Source: an uncultured virus (IMG/VR IMGVR_UViG_3300031182_000006)
Taxonomy: Duplodnaviria > Heunggongvirae > Uroviricota > Caudoviricetes
DNA: 20,000 nucleotides
Direction: 5' to 3' (one strand)
IMG/VR virus record: IMGVR_UViG_3300031182_000006
Shown here: positions 1 through 8,316 of the stretch, in pieces
Layout: the number at the start of each line of letters is the position of its first letter
How positions within the stretch are numbered: position 1 is the first letter of the stretch
Position numbers and translations under genes: made by a program
Notes under the pieces: model-generated
Told to the model about the DNA's origin: nothing
Seen by the model: the letters and a program-made list of their open reading frames with translations, nothing else
The model's database searches: none

Positions 1-355
1 TATCTGGCTTACCGTTGAGCATCCTATAATAATTATTCTTTTCGACATAAGAATCGACAATAATTTTTCTCTGCTCTTCAACAACTCGATCTCGCAAAGA
101 TCTAGGGATTAAGTATTTATCATTGACATATTTGATCGCCAAGTCTATATCAGACACACCGGCATTAATAATAGCCTGAAGATCAAATCTCTGATATGTG
201 TTAAAAGAATCCATTTTCTGGGCTGCGTAAAGATAAAGGTCGGATTCTCTTTTAGAATCAACTGTCTCAAACTGTCTTGCCTTATTTTCATATTTAACCG
301 TAATGCTATTGATAATCTTTCTAAGATCTCTAAATATGGAATCGATTAATTGCAT
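1..355 (-). CDS. N-terminal part of a probable virion structural protein (runs off the window edge)
   Basis: Not in the ORF track because it is truncated. Own translation from ATG 355 (SD AAGGAG upstream): MQLIDSIFRDLRKIINSITVKYENKARQFET...YVEKNNYYRMLNGKPD, open to base 1. The E-x-N-N-Y-Y-R-x-L-x-G-x-P motif recalls jumbo-phage virion proteins (recollection only). Confidence 0.7.
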   Translation of the reverse strand, partial: MQLIDSIFRDLRKIINSITVKYENKARQFETVDSKRESDLYLYAAQKMDSFNTYQRFDLQAIINAGVSDIDLAIKYVNDKYLIPRSLRDRVVEEQRKIIVDSYVEKNNYYRMLNGKPD

Positions 356-384
356 GAAATCATCTCCTTCCTAAATACTACTAA

Positions 385-396
385 AACATTATATTA
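385..396 (+). promoter_or_regulatory. Late-type phage promoter AACA-N6-TA
   Basis: AACA TTATAT TA lies about 47 nt upstream of ATG 443 and matches the AR9 late consensus as I recall it. The context CTAAAACATTA is identical to the minus-strand site at 11676-11691. Confidence 0.6.
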
Positions 397-442
397 ACCT
401 AATGTAGAATAAATATTTTTACTGTAAGGGGGACGATGAAAC

Positions 443-1084
443 ATGTTTGACAATATCCCAAACATAAATTTTAAGAAAACAAGCAGAAATCCCACGATCG
501 ACTCAGCCGATAGTAACTACGAGCTCCCCTTCTATAAAGATATTGATTATTTTTCCAATATAGATAATTTTGTCAACTTTATTAATGCTACCAAGAGAAT
601 GGTCAGAAGATCTAAAGATTATGATATGTACAAAGCTTATATTATAAATGAAGTTGGCCTCGAAAGATGTCAGGTTCTTTCTAATGTTGAGGGTGATGAC
701 AACGTCGATATTGAAATGCATCATGGACCCATTCTTACACTTTTCGACGTGTTGCAAATAATGGCCGACCATCTCCTGAATAACGGAGAAAAATTAACCA
801 CATTCGATCTCGCCGATCTGTGCTTGGAAGAGCACTTTAATAATAATATCCAGGTTGTTATGTTATCTAAAACTGTTCATGAGCAGGTACATGAAGGAAA
901 CATTTTCATCAACTTTAAACAAGGTTTTGGTGATATTAATACGTTTCTCCGTAAATATAAAGACGGAATAAGTAAAGAACACATCAATAAAATTCAAGCA
1001 TATATTGATAAATCAAAACAATATGACAGTTTTGATAATGGCGTTCTCAAACTTTCCGGTTTTGTTAAAAACTGGAATGAATAA
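443..1084 (+). CDS. HNH-like (His-Me finger) jumbo-phage protein, paralogue of 10684..11352
   Basis: 213 aa, SD AAGGGGG; motifs C..IEMHHGP.TLFD and LSKTVHEQVHEGNIFI. Confidence 0.7.
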   Translation: MFDNIPNINFKKTSRNPTIDSADSNYELPFYKDIDYFSNIDNFVNFINATKRMVRRSKDYDMYKAYIINEVGLERCQVLSNVEGDDNVDIEMHHGPILTLFDVLQIMADHLLNNGEKLTTFDLADLCLEEHFNNNIQVVMLSKTVHEQVHEGNIFINFKQGFGDINTFLRKYKDGISKEHINKIQAYIDKSKQYDSFDNGVLKLSGFVKNWNE

Positions 1085-1111
1085 AAAAGAAAGGGTTTGG
1101 TGAGCACCCAT

Positions 1112-1486
1112 ATGGAAAGAATTTACATTCTCACAGCATTATTTATTTTATTTGCAATTTTAGGTTTATTTATTCTTCGTCCACAGAGACAAAAGGAAAG
1201 TCCTACCATGGAGTATGAGCTTCTGATGGCTATTCTCGAAACAACTATTCAGAGAGAAATTAAAGTGAAAATGGATGATTACACCCTCCGGGGTGTTAAA
1301 TTCCCCTCTGATTACATGGAAGAAGTGCGTGAAGTCTGTCAGCGTATTGTAAGAGGAATCAGTCCTTTTATGTGGGAAGAACTTGAATTCTTTCACCCTA
1401 GAAAATACATTTTAGACAAGATAAATAAGGATGTACAACAATTCTTTATCACTTTCATTCGTGAGAATAAGCCTATAACAAGATAA
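1112..1486 (+). CDS. Hypothetical membrane-anchored protein (one N-terminal TM helix)
   Basis: ORF track starts at TTG 1097; ATG 1112 with SD GGTGAG 7 nt upstream is more likely. Hydrophobic segment IYILTALFILFAILGLFIL followed by RPQRQK. Confidence 0.75.
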   Translation: MERIYILTALFILFAILGLFILRPQRQKESPTMEYELLMAILETTIQREIKVKMDDYTLRGVKFPSDYMEEVREVCQRIVRGISPFMWEELEFFHPRKYILDKINKDVQQFFITFIRENKPITR

Positions 1487-1491
1487 AAAAA

Positions 1492-1523
1492 ATAAATGCC
1501 TAACCATATGGTTAGGCATTTAT
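1492..1523. terminator. Bidirectional intrinsic terminator
   Basis: Perfect 32-bp palindrome ATAAATGCCTAACCATATGGTTAGGCATTTAT between convergent genes, flanked by A/T tracts. Confidence 0.85.
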
Positions 1524-1527
1524 CTTT

Positions 1528-2049
1528 TTAGTACGTAAGCATGAATGAATCCATGACGTCATTGAATTTTCGAGCAATGACGTGAATGTTAGACGGAATC
1601 ATGACCTGATACGTTTCCATTTCCAGGTCACGATCAGTCAGACTGCGCACCGGTCTAGCCCGGATTCCATACTCCTTATGCAGGAAAGTGAAGATATAGG
1701 AGATCGTCTTTCTGTCGTCCCACCGGCGAGAATGGAAATTCGGTTTACAATTGAACCGATCTCCATATTCGTTTATGTGTTCCCAGTTTTGACGAACAGA
1801 AATGAAGAATTCGATGAACGTCTTGGCAAGAGCTGCATTGTTTTTGAAGAGCTCGTTCTCGATACCGATAAGTGAATATTGTGTATCAACTTCATTCATG
1901 GCCGGCTCTGTGTACATACCGACATCCTTAATTTCAACCCTGTTGTCGACCGCAAAATCGAAAATCTTGCGATCAATGTTACTCTCATACGCCCTACTGC
2001 CAACCACCGTAGGGTCTTTTGCGATGACGAGAAAGACTTTGGTTGCCAT
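1528..2049 (-). CDS. Hypothetical protein
   Basis: ORF of about 173 aa; SD AAGGAG (2060-2065) 10 nt before ATG 2049 (track uses TTG 2055); has its own promoter motif and terminator. Confidence 0.8.
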   Translation of the reverse strand: MATKVFLVIAKDPTVVGSRAYESNIDRKIFDFAVDNRVEIKDVGMYTEPAMNEVDTQYSLIGIENELFKNNAALAKTFIEFFISVRQNWEHINEYGDRFNCKPNFHSRRWDDRKTISYIFTFLHKEYGIRARPVRSLTDRDLEMETYQVMIPSNIHVIARKFNDVMDSFMLTY

Positions 2050-2093
2050 TTTCAAATCGCTCCTTATTTATTTTATAAATAATATTCGGTTTT

Positions 2094-2102
2094 ATAATAT
2101 AT
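2094..2102 (-). promoter_or_regulatory. Early-type phage promoter motif ATATATTAT
   Basis: Exact motif about 45 nt upstream of the start codon; recurs upstream of several minus-strand units. Confidence 0.55.
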
Positions 2103-2117
2103 ATTTCAATTTCCAAT

Positions 2118-2873
2118 CTATACCAAAATACTTATGAGTGGTATTAAATATCTATTGAAATTGTAATTAATATTTATTTTATTAATGTCTCTTACATCCA
2201 TTGCTCCAATACTTTCGTTGAAAAGACTCTCGTTAAGTCTAAAAAGAGACTGTCCATTCAGTTCCCGATAGAAGCCCAAATCGAGAGTCTTATTCTTATA
2301 TTCTTCAATAAAACTCCTTAGAAGGGTAATAACTTTCTTTCTCGATGATATCTCATTCATTTTAAAGAAATTGTGTAGAAAATCAAGCATGTATGGTTTA
2401 TGGAGTTCCAATAATTCATCTTTTATTCCTTTAACATGAATGTCATGATTTTTATTATAATAAAATTCATATTTATTCAAATAATAATACGAAGTGTAAA
2501 AATTCTTCTCAACGAATTTAATGTTATCAAACTCTGTGTTACTACAACGTTTCAGGGAAATTACTGCGTCTTTCTTGATAGATAAAACATCGTCTGACTC
2601 TAAGCTATTACTTTCAAAAAACCAACGTCGCACTTCAACGAATTTCTCATTAAGAGCTTTACCAAATTCTTTATCGGCTTTAATATATAAACCTATCTGG
2701 ATGGCTCTATGTTGTTTAGATAGGCGATCCAAATATTTTATTCTTTCCTCACTCAATAACTTAAAACGCTTCACAAGGTTAAATCCTGCTTCCTGTATAT
2801 CATATTCGATTATTTCATTCGATATCAAATATGGAATATCTTTATTTAAATAATTATGTTTTTTATATAACAT
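2118..2873 (-). CDS. Small family-B DNA polymerase-like (palm-only) protein
   Basis: 251 aa; motif A-like IIEYDIQEAG, motif C-like VLSIKKDAV, downstream HVKGI; no exonuclease domain. Confidence 0.55.
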   Translation of the reverse strand: MLYKKHNYLNKDIPYLISNEIIEYDIQEAGFNLVKRFKLLSEERIKYLDRLSKQHRAIQIGLYIKADKEFGKALNEKFVEVRRWFFESNSLESDDVLSIKKDAVISLKRCSNTEFDNIKFVEKNFYTSYYYLNKYEFYYNKNHDIHVKGIKDELLELHKPYMLDFLHNFFKMNEISSRKKVITLLRSFIEEYKNKTLDLGFYRELNGQSLFRLNESLFNESIGAMDVRDINKININYNFNRYLIPLISILV

Positions 2874-2890
2874 TGGGAATCCTCTCCCGC

Positions 2891-3424
2891 TTAAGAAGTA
2901 GATGTCGCCACACCGCCATTTATAAAATTATCTAATATGTTAGTCACAAATTTCATATAATCCTCTCGGAATTTATAATCTCTCGAATGGAGATCCGTAT
3001 CAAAGATTCTAACAGACCTCTCCTCCATATAAAGTTGATAATTCTTAGGTTTCATTTCCGTTATTAAAAATATTCTGCCTTTATATGTATAGAAAGGTAT
3101 AGAATCCCTCAAGACAAAATATTCTCTTGAAGGTCTTAAGAAACCAATGACCCTAGCCTTATCCTCTACAGTAATAAGTTCATTTTGAATATATCTAAGA
3201 AATTTGAATATAAAAAGAGTTTTATTATTTAAAAATTCCGCTTTTATAATGATATTTTCTTTAGTCGCTTCCATTTCTCTCAATTTAATATTCTCTTCCC
3301 TTGTTAATAACTGCGTCAATTCAATAAACCTACCCAATGTATATTTATCTTTATCAGGATACACATTTATCATAAAAAAAGGATTTATCATATTAATTGA
3401 ATCTTTAATAGGTTCATTTTTCAT
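2891..3424 (-). CDS. Hypothetical protein, tandem paralogue of 3470..3985
   Basis: 177 aa, SD AGGAGG; shared blocks PDKDKY, FYTYKGRIF, IFDTD...YKFREDY. Confidence 0.85.
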   Translation of the reverse strand: MKNEPIKDSINMINPFFMINVYPDKDKYTLGRFIELTQLLTREENIKLREMEATKENIIIKAEFLNNKTLFIFKFLRYIQNELITVEDKARVIGFLRPSREYFVLRDSIPFYTYKGRIFLITEMKPKNYQLYMEERSVRIFDTDLHSRDYKFREDYMKFVTNILDNFINGGVATSTS

Positions 3425-3469
3425 GAAAAAATTCCTCCTGTGATGATGGATAATTATTAATTTTTACCA

Positions 3470-3985
3470 TTACTTATTTTTCTCCACTGAGTCTATAAAT
3501 TCATTAAATATTTTCGGAATGTAATCTTTATAATCATCCTCAAAAATATATTCTTTCATACGATTATCTGTGTCCCAAATTTCAACTCGTTGTGTTTTAA
3601 ACAAAGAATGATCAGATCTTTCTTTCTTCACTATAAATATTTTTCCTTTATAAGTATAAAAATAAATTACATCTCCTGAATACATGTAGCTTTCAGGCAG
3701 TAAAAGACCAATAAATTTAGCTGCTTCTTCCGATAATAAGAACTGATCCTGGATAAAATTAAGAACTTTAAACAGAGATTCAATTTCTTTAATTAAAGTG
3801 CCCTCTACAATCATATCATCTTGGCTAGTATCAACCCTATTTGAACCAATACCGCTTTCTGTTTTCAATAAATCAATTAATTTTGTCACATTTCTTTGGT
3901 TATATTTATCCTTACTCGGGAAAAATTTAATAAAGAACGAAGGAAACGATCTGTTCTCTGTAGATGGTTCGAAATTATACTTCAT
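3470..3985 (-). CDS. Hypothetical protein, tandem paralogue of 2891..3424
   Basis: SD AAGGAG then ATG 3985 (track uses GTG 3994); blocks PSKDKY, FYTYKGKIF, IWDTD...YIFEDDY. Confidence 0.85.
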   Translation of the reverse strand: MKYNFEPSTENRSFPSFFIKFFPSKDKYNQRNVTKLIDLLKTESGIGSNRVDTSQDDMIVEGTLIKEIESLFKVLNFIQDQFLLSEEAAKFIGLLLPESYMYSGDVIYFYTYKGKIFIVKKERSDHSLFKTQRVEIWDTDNRMKEYIFEDDYKDYIPKIFNEFIDSVEKNK

Positions 3986-4059
3986 AAATAACACACTCCT
4001 TCTACATTCCTTATTAGTCGATTGTTTTTTGAACCGTTAAATTCAAATATTGCGTATAA

Positions 4060-4068
4060 ATAATATCT
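4060..4068 (-). promoter_or_regulatory. Early-type motif variant AGATATTAT
   Basis: One mismatch to ATATATTAT, upstream of the 3985-2118 unit. Confidence 0.4.
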
Positions 4069-4088
4069 ATTTCTTTTGTATTTTAATT

Positions 4089-4100
4089 AACAGTAAAATA
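4089..4100 (+). promoter_or_regulatory. Late-type promoter AACA-N6-TA driving a putative small RNA
   Basis: AACA GTAAAA TA directly precedes the GC-rich structured element; no plus-strand ORF follows. Confidence 0.5.
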
Positions 4101-4160
4101 AGGGTGCTCACCCACCTTAGAATCGTGTAGGGACCTTAAATAGGACCTACACGGTTTTTA
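4099..4160 (+). ncRNA. Putative small antisense RNA (sRNA-1)
   Basis: 5' hairpin TAAGG..CCTTA; 3' stem AATCGTGTAGG (4121-4131)/CCTACACGGTT (4146-4156) with a G-U pair valid only on + strand, then T tracts; 4102-4112 is the exact reverse complement of 1099-1109. Confidence 0.5.
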
Positions 4161-4170
4161 ATTTTTTACA

Positions 4171-4200
4171 AAAAAATAAACCTTCGTAAAGAAGGTCTAT
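4171..4200 (-). terminator. Intrinsic terminator after the metallopeptidase gene
   Basis: ACCTTC-gtaaa-GAAGGT stem with an A tract on its left (U tract on the minus strand). Confidence 0.6.
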
Positions 4201-4209
4201 GTATAGATA

Positions 4210-4713
4210 CTAATCCGCTATCCATTCAATATTCTTTACTCTCATTTCCATTTCAAAATGTATCCTAAAAATATCCTCCTGAGTTAAGTTCAGTCTTTCC
4301 ATATTTTCTTCTAGTATTTGTGCGGTCTCTCTAAGTGCCAGTATAGCATTTTCAAAACCTATAATCTTAGCCGCAACAGCATCTGCTTCCAACTCGTCTC
4401 TAGATACTCGTCCTTCGATTCTTGCTTTTTCTCTCTCGTCTCTAATATAACTATCATCGACATGACCTAACGTATTATGCGCTAATTCATGAAAGATAAC
4501 AAACCTTAAGAAATTTTCCGAATAAAGATTGGAGAATTCTTCATCGATAAAGACACCCATGGAAAGTGCAAAGAAAGGATTATTGAATAACTTTAAAGAA
4601 GGACCTACAAATACGGGAGCTGAATAATTACTATATTCCTTAAACTTCTCAGAATTGATGATCGCTATATCATATTTAGAACCTAAAACTTTCTCATATG
4701 TTTTTTGCATCAT
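4210..4713 (-). CDS. HEXXH zinc metallopeptidase (ImmA/IrrE- or M48-like)
   Basis: FVIFHELAHNTLGH plus downstream ELEADAVA third-ligand motif; SD GGAGG before ATG 4713/4710. Confidence 0.8.
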   Translation of the reverse strand: MMQKTYEKVLGSKYDIAIINSEKFKEYSNYSAPVFVGPSLKLFNNPFFALSMGVFIDEEFSNLYSENFLRFVIFHELAHNTLGHVDDSYIRDEREKARIEGRVSRDELEADAVAAKIIGFENAILALRETAQILEENMERLNLTQEDIFRIHFEMEMRVKNIEWIAD

Positions 4714-4788
4714 TAACACCTCCAAAATTTTATTTATTATCGTATATCAAATTTATAATGTGTAATCGTCTATTCAAAAAAGACGAAA

Positions 4789-4826
4789 AAAATAAGAGTC
4801 GTAGTATATACTACGACTCTTATTTT
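4789..4826. terminator. Intrinsic terminator of the 8179-4835 operon
   Basis: Perfect 38-bp palindrome AAAATAAGAGTCGTAGTATATACTACGACTCTTATTTT. Confidence 0.85.
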
Positions 4827-4834
4827 CCATTCGA

Positions 4835-5506
4835 TCAGGATGCAATTTTCTTGAGGATCTTTTTGATGAGTTTCTTCTTGCCCATATCCTCATCAACCTT
4901 GATCCTCTTATCGGCAGCAATCTTTCGAAGCTCTTTTCTACTGAGCTTCTCAAGTTTCTTCCGAATTTTATCTTTGTCGATATCAGCATTGAGCTGAACA
5001 CCGTGGCGTTCCATGGATTCGAACTTACGACCGAGAATCTTAGTCACTTCATCTTTGTTCTTGATGCTTCCAGCTTTCTCAGGTCCTTTTTCCAGGTACT
5101 TATCCCACGAATACGTCTTAAGTTGATACGTTGCTTCAATGTATTCACAGAGAAGCTTGACGTATTTTCTTTCCCATTCCGACTTCGAGCACAGAATGAC
5201 AACCTTCATGTCATATACGACAGCTGCTTTGACCATAACCGAGATAAACGCCTCGACTTCCGGATCTTGCAGCTGATTCATATATGCCTTCTTATAAGGT
5301 TTACTTTCCCCACTCACATAAAGGCTGATTACTGACGGAGTTGGAATGAGACGAGGGAAGCTCATGATGTTTTTCGGTTTATTCTCAATGTCTTTGATCT
5401 TGATGTCTTCGCTAATGAGAATAAACTGATACTCGTCGGTATTCTTCACATTCGGAAGAAACTCTTTAAAGAACTTCTTCGAGTTCATTCTGATAATTAC
5501 ACCCAT
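4835..5506 (-). CDS. Hypothetical protein with C-terminal Rho-N/HeH-like nucleic-acid-binding motif
   Basis: 223 aa, SD GGAGG, overlaps the kinase stop; C-terminus LEKLSRKELRKIAADKRIKVDEDMGKKKLIKKIL. Confidence 0.75.
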   Translation of the reverse strand: MGVIIRMNSKKFFKEFLPNVKNTDEYQFILISEDIKIKDIENKPKNIMSFPRLIPTPSVISLYVSGESKPYKKAYMNQLQDPEVEAFISVMVKAAVVYDMKVVILCSKSEWERKYVKLLCEYIEATYQLKTYSWDKYLEKGPEKAGSIKNKDEVTKILGRKFESMERHGVQLNADIDKDKIRKKLEKLSRKELRKIAADKRIKVDEDMGKKKLIKKILKKIAS

Positions 5507-7167
5507 TGGTTTTTACCTCCACGATTGAATTTATTGTTAAGTCTATCACGATCTGCTCGCTCTTGAAGATCTTCATACTCGTCTTCATATTTGTTTTGAG
5601 ACTCGTCGTCTTGTTCGTCAGTTAAACCACCAAGAGCTTGAAGTTCCCGACGAAGTTTTTCTGCCTCATCTTCTTCATCGGATTGAACCTCCTCCGAGGG
5701 ATCTTCCTGGGGTTCAGTATCCTCATTTTCAGATGCCGGCTCGGAAGAATCCACATCTTCCTCTTCCGTGGTCTCAGCTTGCTCTTCTTCAGGCGTTTCG
5801 TCAACAGTTACATCTTCGTCACCACCATCTTTGTTTTCAGTCGCAACAGGTGCCGATTCATTTTGCACTTCTTCAGACGATTCATCCTTTTTCGGCTCCT
5901 CTACAGCTACGACTTTCGTCTCCTCAGTGCTCTGAACGGTAACATTCCCGTCGCTAATCTGGGTAGTTTTCGTATGTTCGACCACTACCGTCGGCACAGG
6001 TTCAGTTTGTTTACCACTCTTTGCGGAGGAGATTTTCTTAAGGTCTTCCATTGCGCGCTCATATGCGTCTTCAGGGTCAACATGAAATTGCTGCCGGTAT
6101 CGAGGACCCTGGTTTTGGTTACCATGTGGTGGCTTCCGTTCTTGTTGTTTTTGCTCTTCCACCAGCTTCTTCAATTTCACTTTGTCAGTTATTTCTACAC
6201 TGTTTCGATAAACCTTTACTTGATACTGGTTTCCATTTTCCGCCGGTCGGTTAATGGTGGGAGTATCAACGCGTCTCATACTCTTCAAGAGTTCGAGGGT
6301 GTTGTCGTATGCGTCTCCTTCTCTCCCGGAATTGAATTCGCCAGGTCTTCCTTGGTTCATCTCTTCTTCCTCCTCTACATCGTCTTTGGGAGTGAAATAC
6401 TTGGAGGGCTTTTCCTCCCTCCTGGTGGTAGTTTCACTCGCCGTTTCAAACTCTCCGACTTCACTTGTGAGTTTGAAACTCATTTCCTTTGCTATAATGT
6501 TTTCTTGCATTTCTTGTTCAAATGGTATCATTCTCCTTAGGTCTTCAAATTTATACTTTTTGCCGCACTTCGGACAAACCATTTCATAGAAATTGACATC
6601 GTAATCGAGAATGGTCTGATCGTTACGGCAAATAATCTGCTCTGGATTCACCCTATAAATATGGGCGAAGTCCAGAATCACAAGCTTACCGTCATCTCTA
6701 TACCCCCAGTTAAGAAAGTTCTTCGTAACGGCACCCACGTCTCCCAACAAATAGGTTTCCGCAAGTACCGCCAAGATCTGTCTCACCTCATCAATCCGTT
6801 CAATGAATTCTTCCCGAGAGATTACCGTCACATATTCATGAACAGAAATGAGGTCATTAGTTTCATAAGTTTTAACTACAAATGGCTGAAGCTCTTTGGA
6901 TAATTTAAACTCGTTTACATTATCACGTTTACCTTGTTGGTCAAACGCAATTTTGAAAACGAAGTTGTCGATAAGGATCGCCATCCGGTTTGTACCTGGA
7001 CCAAGCTCGGCATGATCAATACCATGCTTGTTCAGAACATTGAGAATCATGTCTGCTTTGACATTGTTGTTCCCAATTGTTCTGTCCATACAAATCCGGT
7101 CGAGATCCACCAATGCTTCAGGAGTAAAATATTGGTGTATTCTACTACGAAGTCTTTTGGTTGGCAT
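5497..7167 (-). CDS. Protein kinase-like (PKL/APH fold) protein with Zn-ribbon and acidic disordered C-terminus
   Basis: 556 aa; G-loop LGPGTNR, VFKIA lysine, helix-C NVNEF, catalytic loop LGDV..NFLNWG, VILDFA (DFG-like), then ICRND...CPKCG and an E/D-rich tail. Confidence 0.75.
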   Translation of the reverse strand: MPTKRLRSRIHQYFTPEALVDLDRICMDRTIGNNNVKADMILNVLNKHGIDHAELGPGTNRMAILIDNFVFKIAFDQQGKRDNVNEFKLSKELQPFVVKTYETNDLISVHEYVTVISREEFIERIDEVRQILAVLAETYLLGDVGAVTKNFLNWGYRDDGKLVILDFAHIYRVNPEQIICRNDQTILDYDVNFYEMVCPKCGKKYKFEDLRRMIPFEQEMQENIIAKEMSFKLTSEVGEFETASETTTRREEKPSKYFTPKDDVEEEEEMNQGRPGEFNSGREGDAYDNTLELLKSMRRVDTPTINRPAENGNQYQVKVYRNSVEITDKVKLKKLVEEQKQQERKPPHGNQNQGPRYRQQFHVDPEDAYERAMEDLKKISSAKSGKQTEPVPTVVVEHTKTTQISDGNVTVQSTEETKVVAVEEPKKDESSEEVQNESAPVATENKDGGDEDVTVDETPEEEQAETTEEEDVDSSEPASENEDTEPQEDPSEEVQSDEEDEAEKLRRELQALGGLTDEQDDESQNKYEDEYEDLQERADRDRLNNKFNRGGKNQWV

Positions 7168-7195
7168 CTATCTCACCTTTTCTTAGTTTTATTTT

Positions 7196-8179
7196 TTATT
7201 TAAAGATGTCTGCAACTGTAAACGATTCCATTTCAGCCTGGAAGTCTTCGAAGCTATCATAACCTCCATCTGTCATCAGTTGGACAATCAGATTATCCTG
7301 ATTATATGCGTCTTTCTTCTTCTTTTTCTTTTTCTTCTTTTCATCTTTAAAGATCTTCGAAATTCTCTTGCTAACACCAGCTTTACGCATGAGTTTAACA
7401 GAATTCCAGCCGAGCTTACCAAGCTCTCTATAGATGGAAACTTCGTCCATCGATTCTTTATTCATATATTGACCACGGAAGAATACAACCTCACGTTCTT
7501 CTTCTCTGGTATCACGAAGTTTCTTAGCAAACGTACCGTCGCAATAATCCGACAAAGAGAAGACAGTATCATCACTTTCTTTCTTGTAATTTCCGCTATT
7601 TTTGGTCCGGAAATATTCTTCCAAGAATTCAATACTATTCGAAATATTTTTCAAAGAAATTTTACGAGACGACTTAATCTCACCTTTTCTGATGAGTTTC
7701 TTAACAATTTTCTTTTTCTTTTTATCAACGTTTTTACTTCCGAAAACCCGAACAACGCCTTCTTTATTTTTTTCATTCTCAGGAACGTATAAATTCTCGA
7801 TCTTATCGAGTGTTTCTTCATTGATATCGTAACTTCTCCGCTTACTGATGATAATATTGTTTTTCAATGAAAATTTATTGAGTTCGTTAAGTTTGAGTCC
7901 CGGTTTAGGCGGAATAAACTCTGTAACCTGATTATATTTAATTTTCAATTTAAGAATTTCAACGCCACCATACTTCTTTGCCAACAACGACATGTATTCA
8001 TTATAGATGGTAACTGCTTTGAGAAAATCTGTGATGTCCTTATATCTTCTGCGAATCCTTCTAGCTTCCCGTTCAAGTTCGCTGGAAGGTTCGTCGTTGA
8101 ATCTATGATAGTTATCACCGAAATCTTGCACATATACTTCGAGTAATGCGCTTTTAGCAGTTCCGAAATTAATCTGCAT
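7196..8179 (-). CDS. Hypothetical Lys-rich protein
   Basis: 327 aa, SD GAGGAGG; poly-Lys tracts DKKKKKIVKK and EKKKKKKKKKD. Confidence 0.85.
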   Translation of the reverse strand: MQINFGTAKSALLEVYVQDFGDNYHRFNDEPSSELEREARRIRRRYKDITDFLKAVTIYNEYMSLLAKKYGGVEILKLKIKYNQVTEFIPPKPGLKLNELNKFSLKNNIIISKRRSYDINEETLDKIENLYVPENEKNKEGVVRVFGSKNVDKKKKKIVKKLIRKGEIKSSRKISLKNISNSIEFLEEYFRTKNSGNYKKESDDTVFSLSDYCDGTFAKKLRDTREEEREVVFFRGQYMNKESMDEVSIYRELGKLGWNSVKLMRKAGVSKRISKIFKDEKKKKKKKKKDAYNQDNLIVQLMTDGGYDSFEDFQAEMESFTVADIFK

Positions 8180-8218
8180 TTATTTTTCCTCCTCATTAAT
8201 ACGATTTTCGATGTAGTT

Positions 8219-8227
8219 ATAATATAT
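8219..8227 (-). promoter_or_regulatory. Early-type motif ATATATTAT
   Basis: Exact motif 40 nt upstream of ATG 8179, just downstream of a terminator. Confidence 0.55.
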
Positions 8228-8245
8228 ATTCTATTTTTAAATAAA

Positions 8246-8289
8246 AAATGTTAGAGTGATATTTACTAAAAAATATCACTCTAACATTT
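8246..8289. terminator. Intrinsic terminator after the Nudix gene
   Basis: About 19-bp stem AAATGTTAGAGTGATATTT / AAATATCACTCTAACATTT. Confidence 0.8.
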
Positions 8290-8316
8290 GTCTTTATTTT
8301 TTATTCTTGTTTCTAT

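Noticed and set aside
4755..4763. Early promoter variant ACACATTAT before the metallopeptidase gene
   Set aside because: Two mismatches; position is plausible but the match is too weak to list as a feature
4774..5001. Opposite-strand ORFs sharing the peptide NKSRSIYYDSYF
   Set aside because: Artefact of reading through the perfect palindrome at 4789-4826
5638..6540. 300-aa plus-strand ORF and other antisense ORFs in the track (e.g. 7280..7792, 8401..8898, 14826..15212)
   Set aside because: Shadows of real minus-strand genes; F/L-rich from reverse-complemented GAA/AAA codons and lacking SD sites
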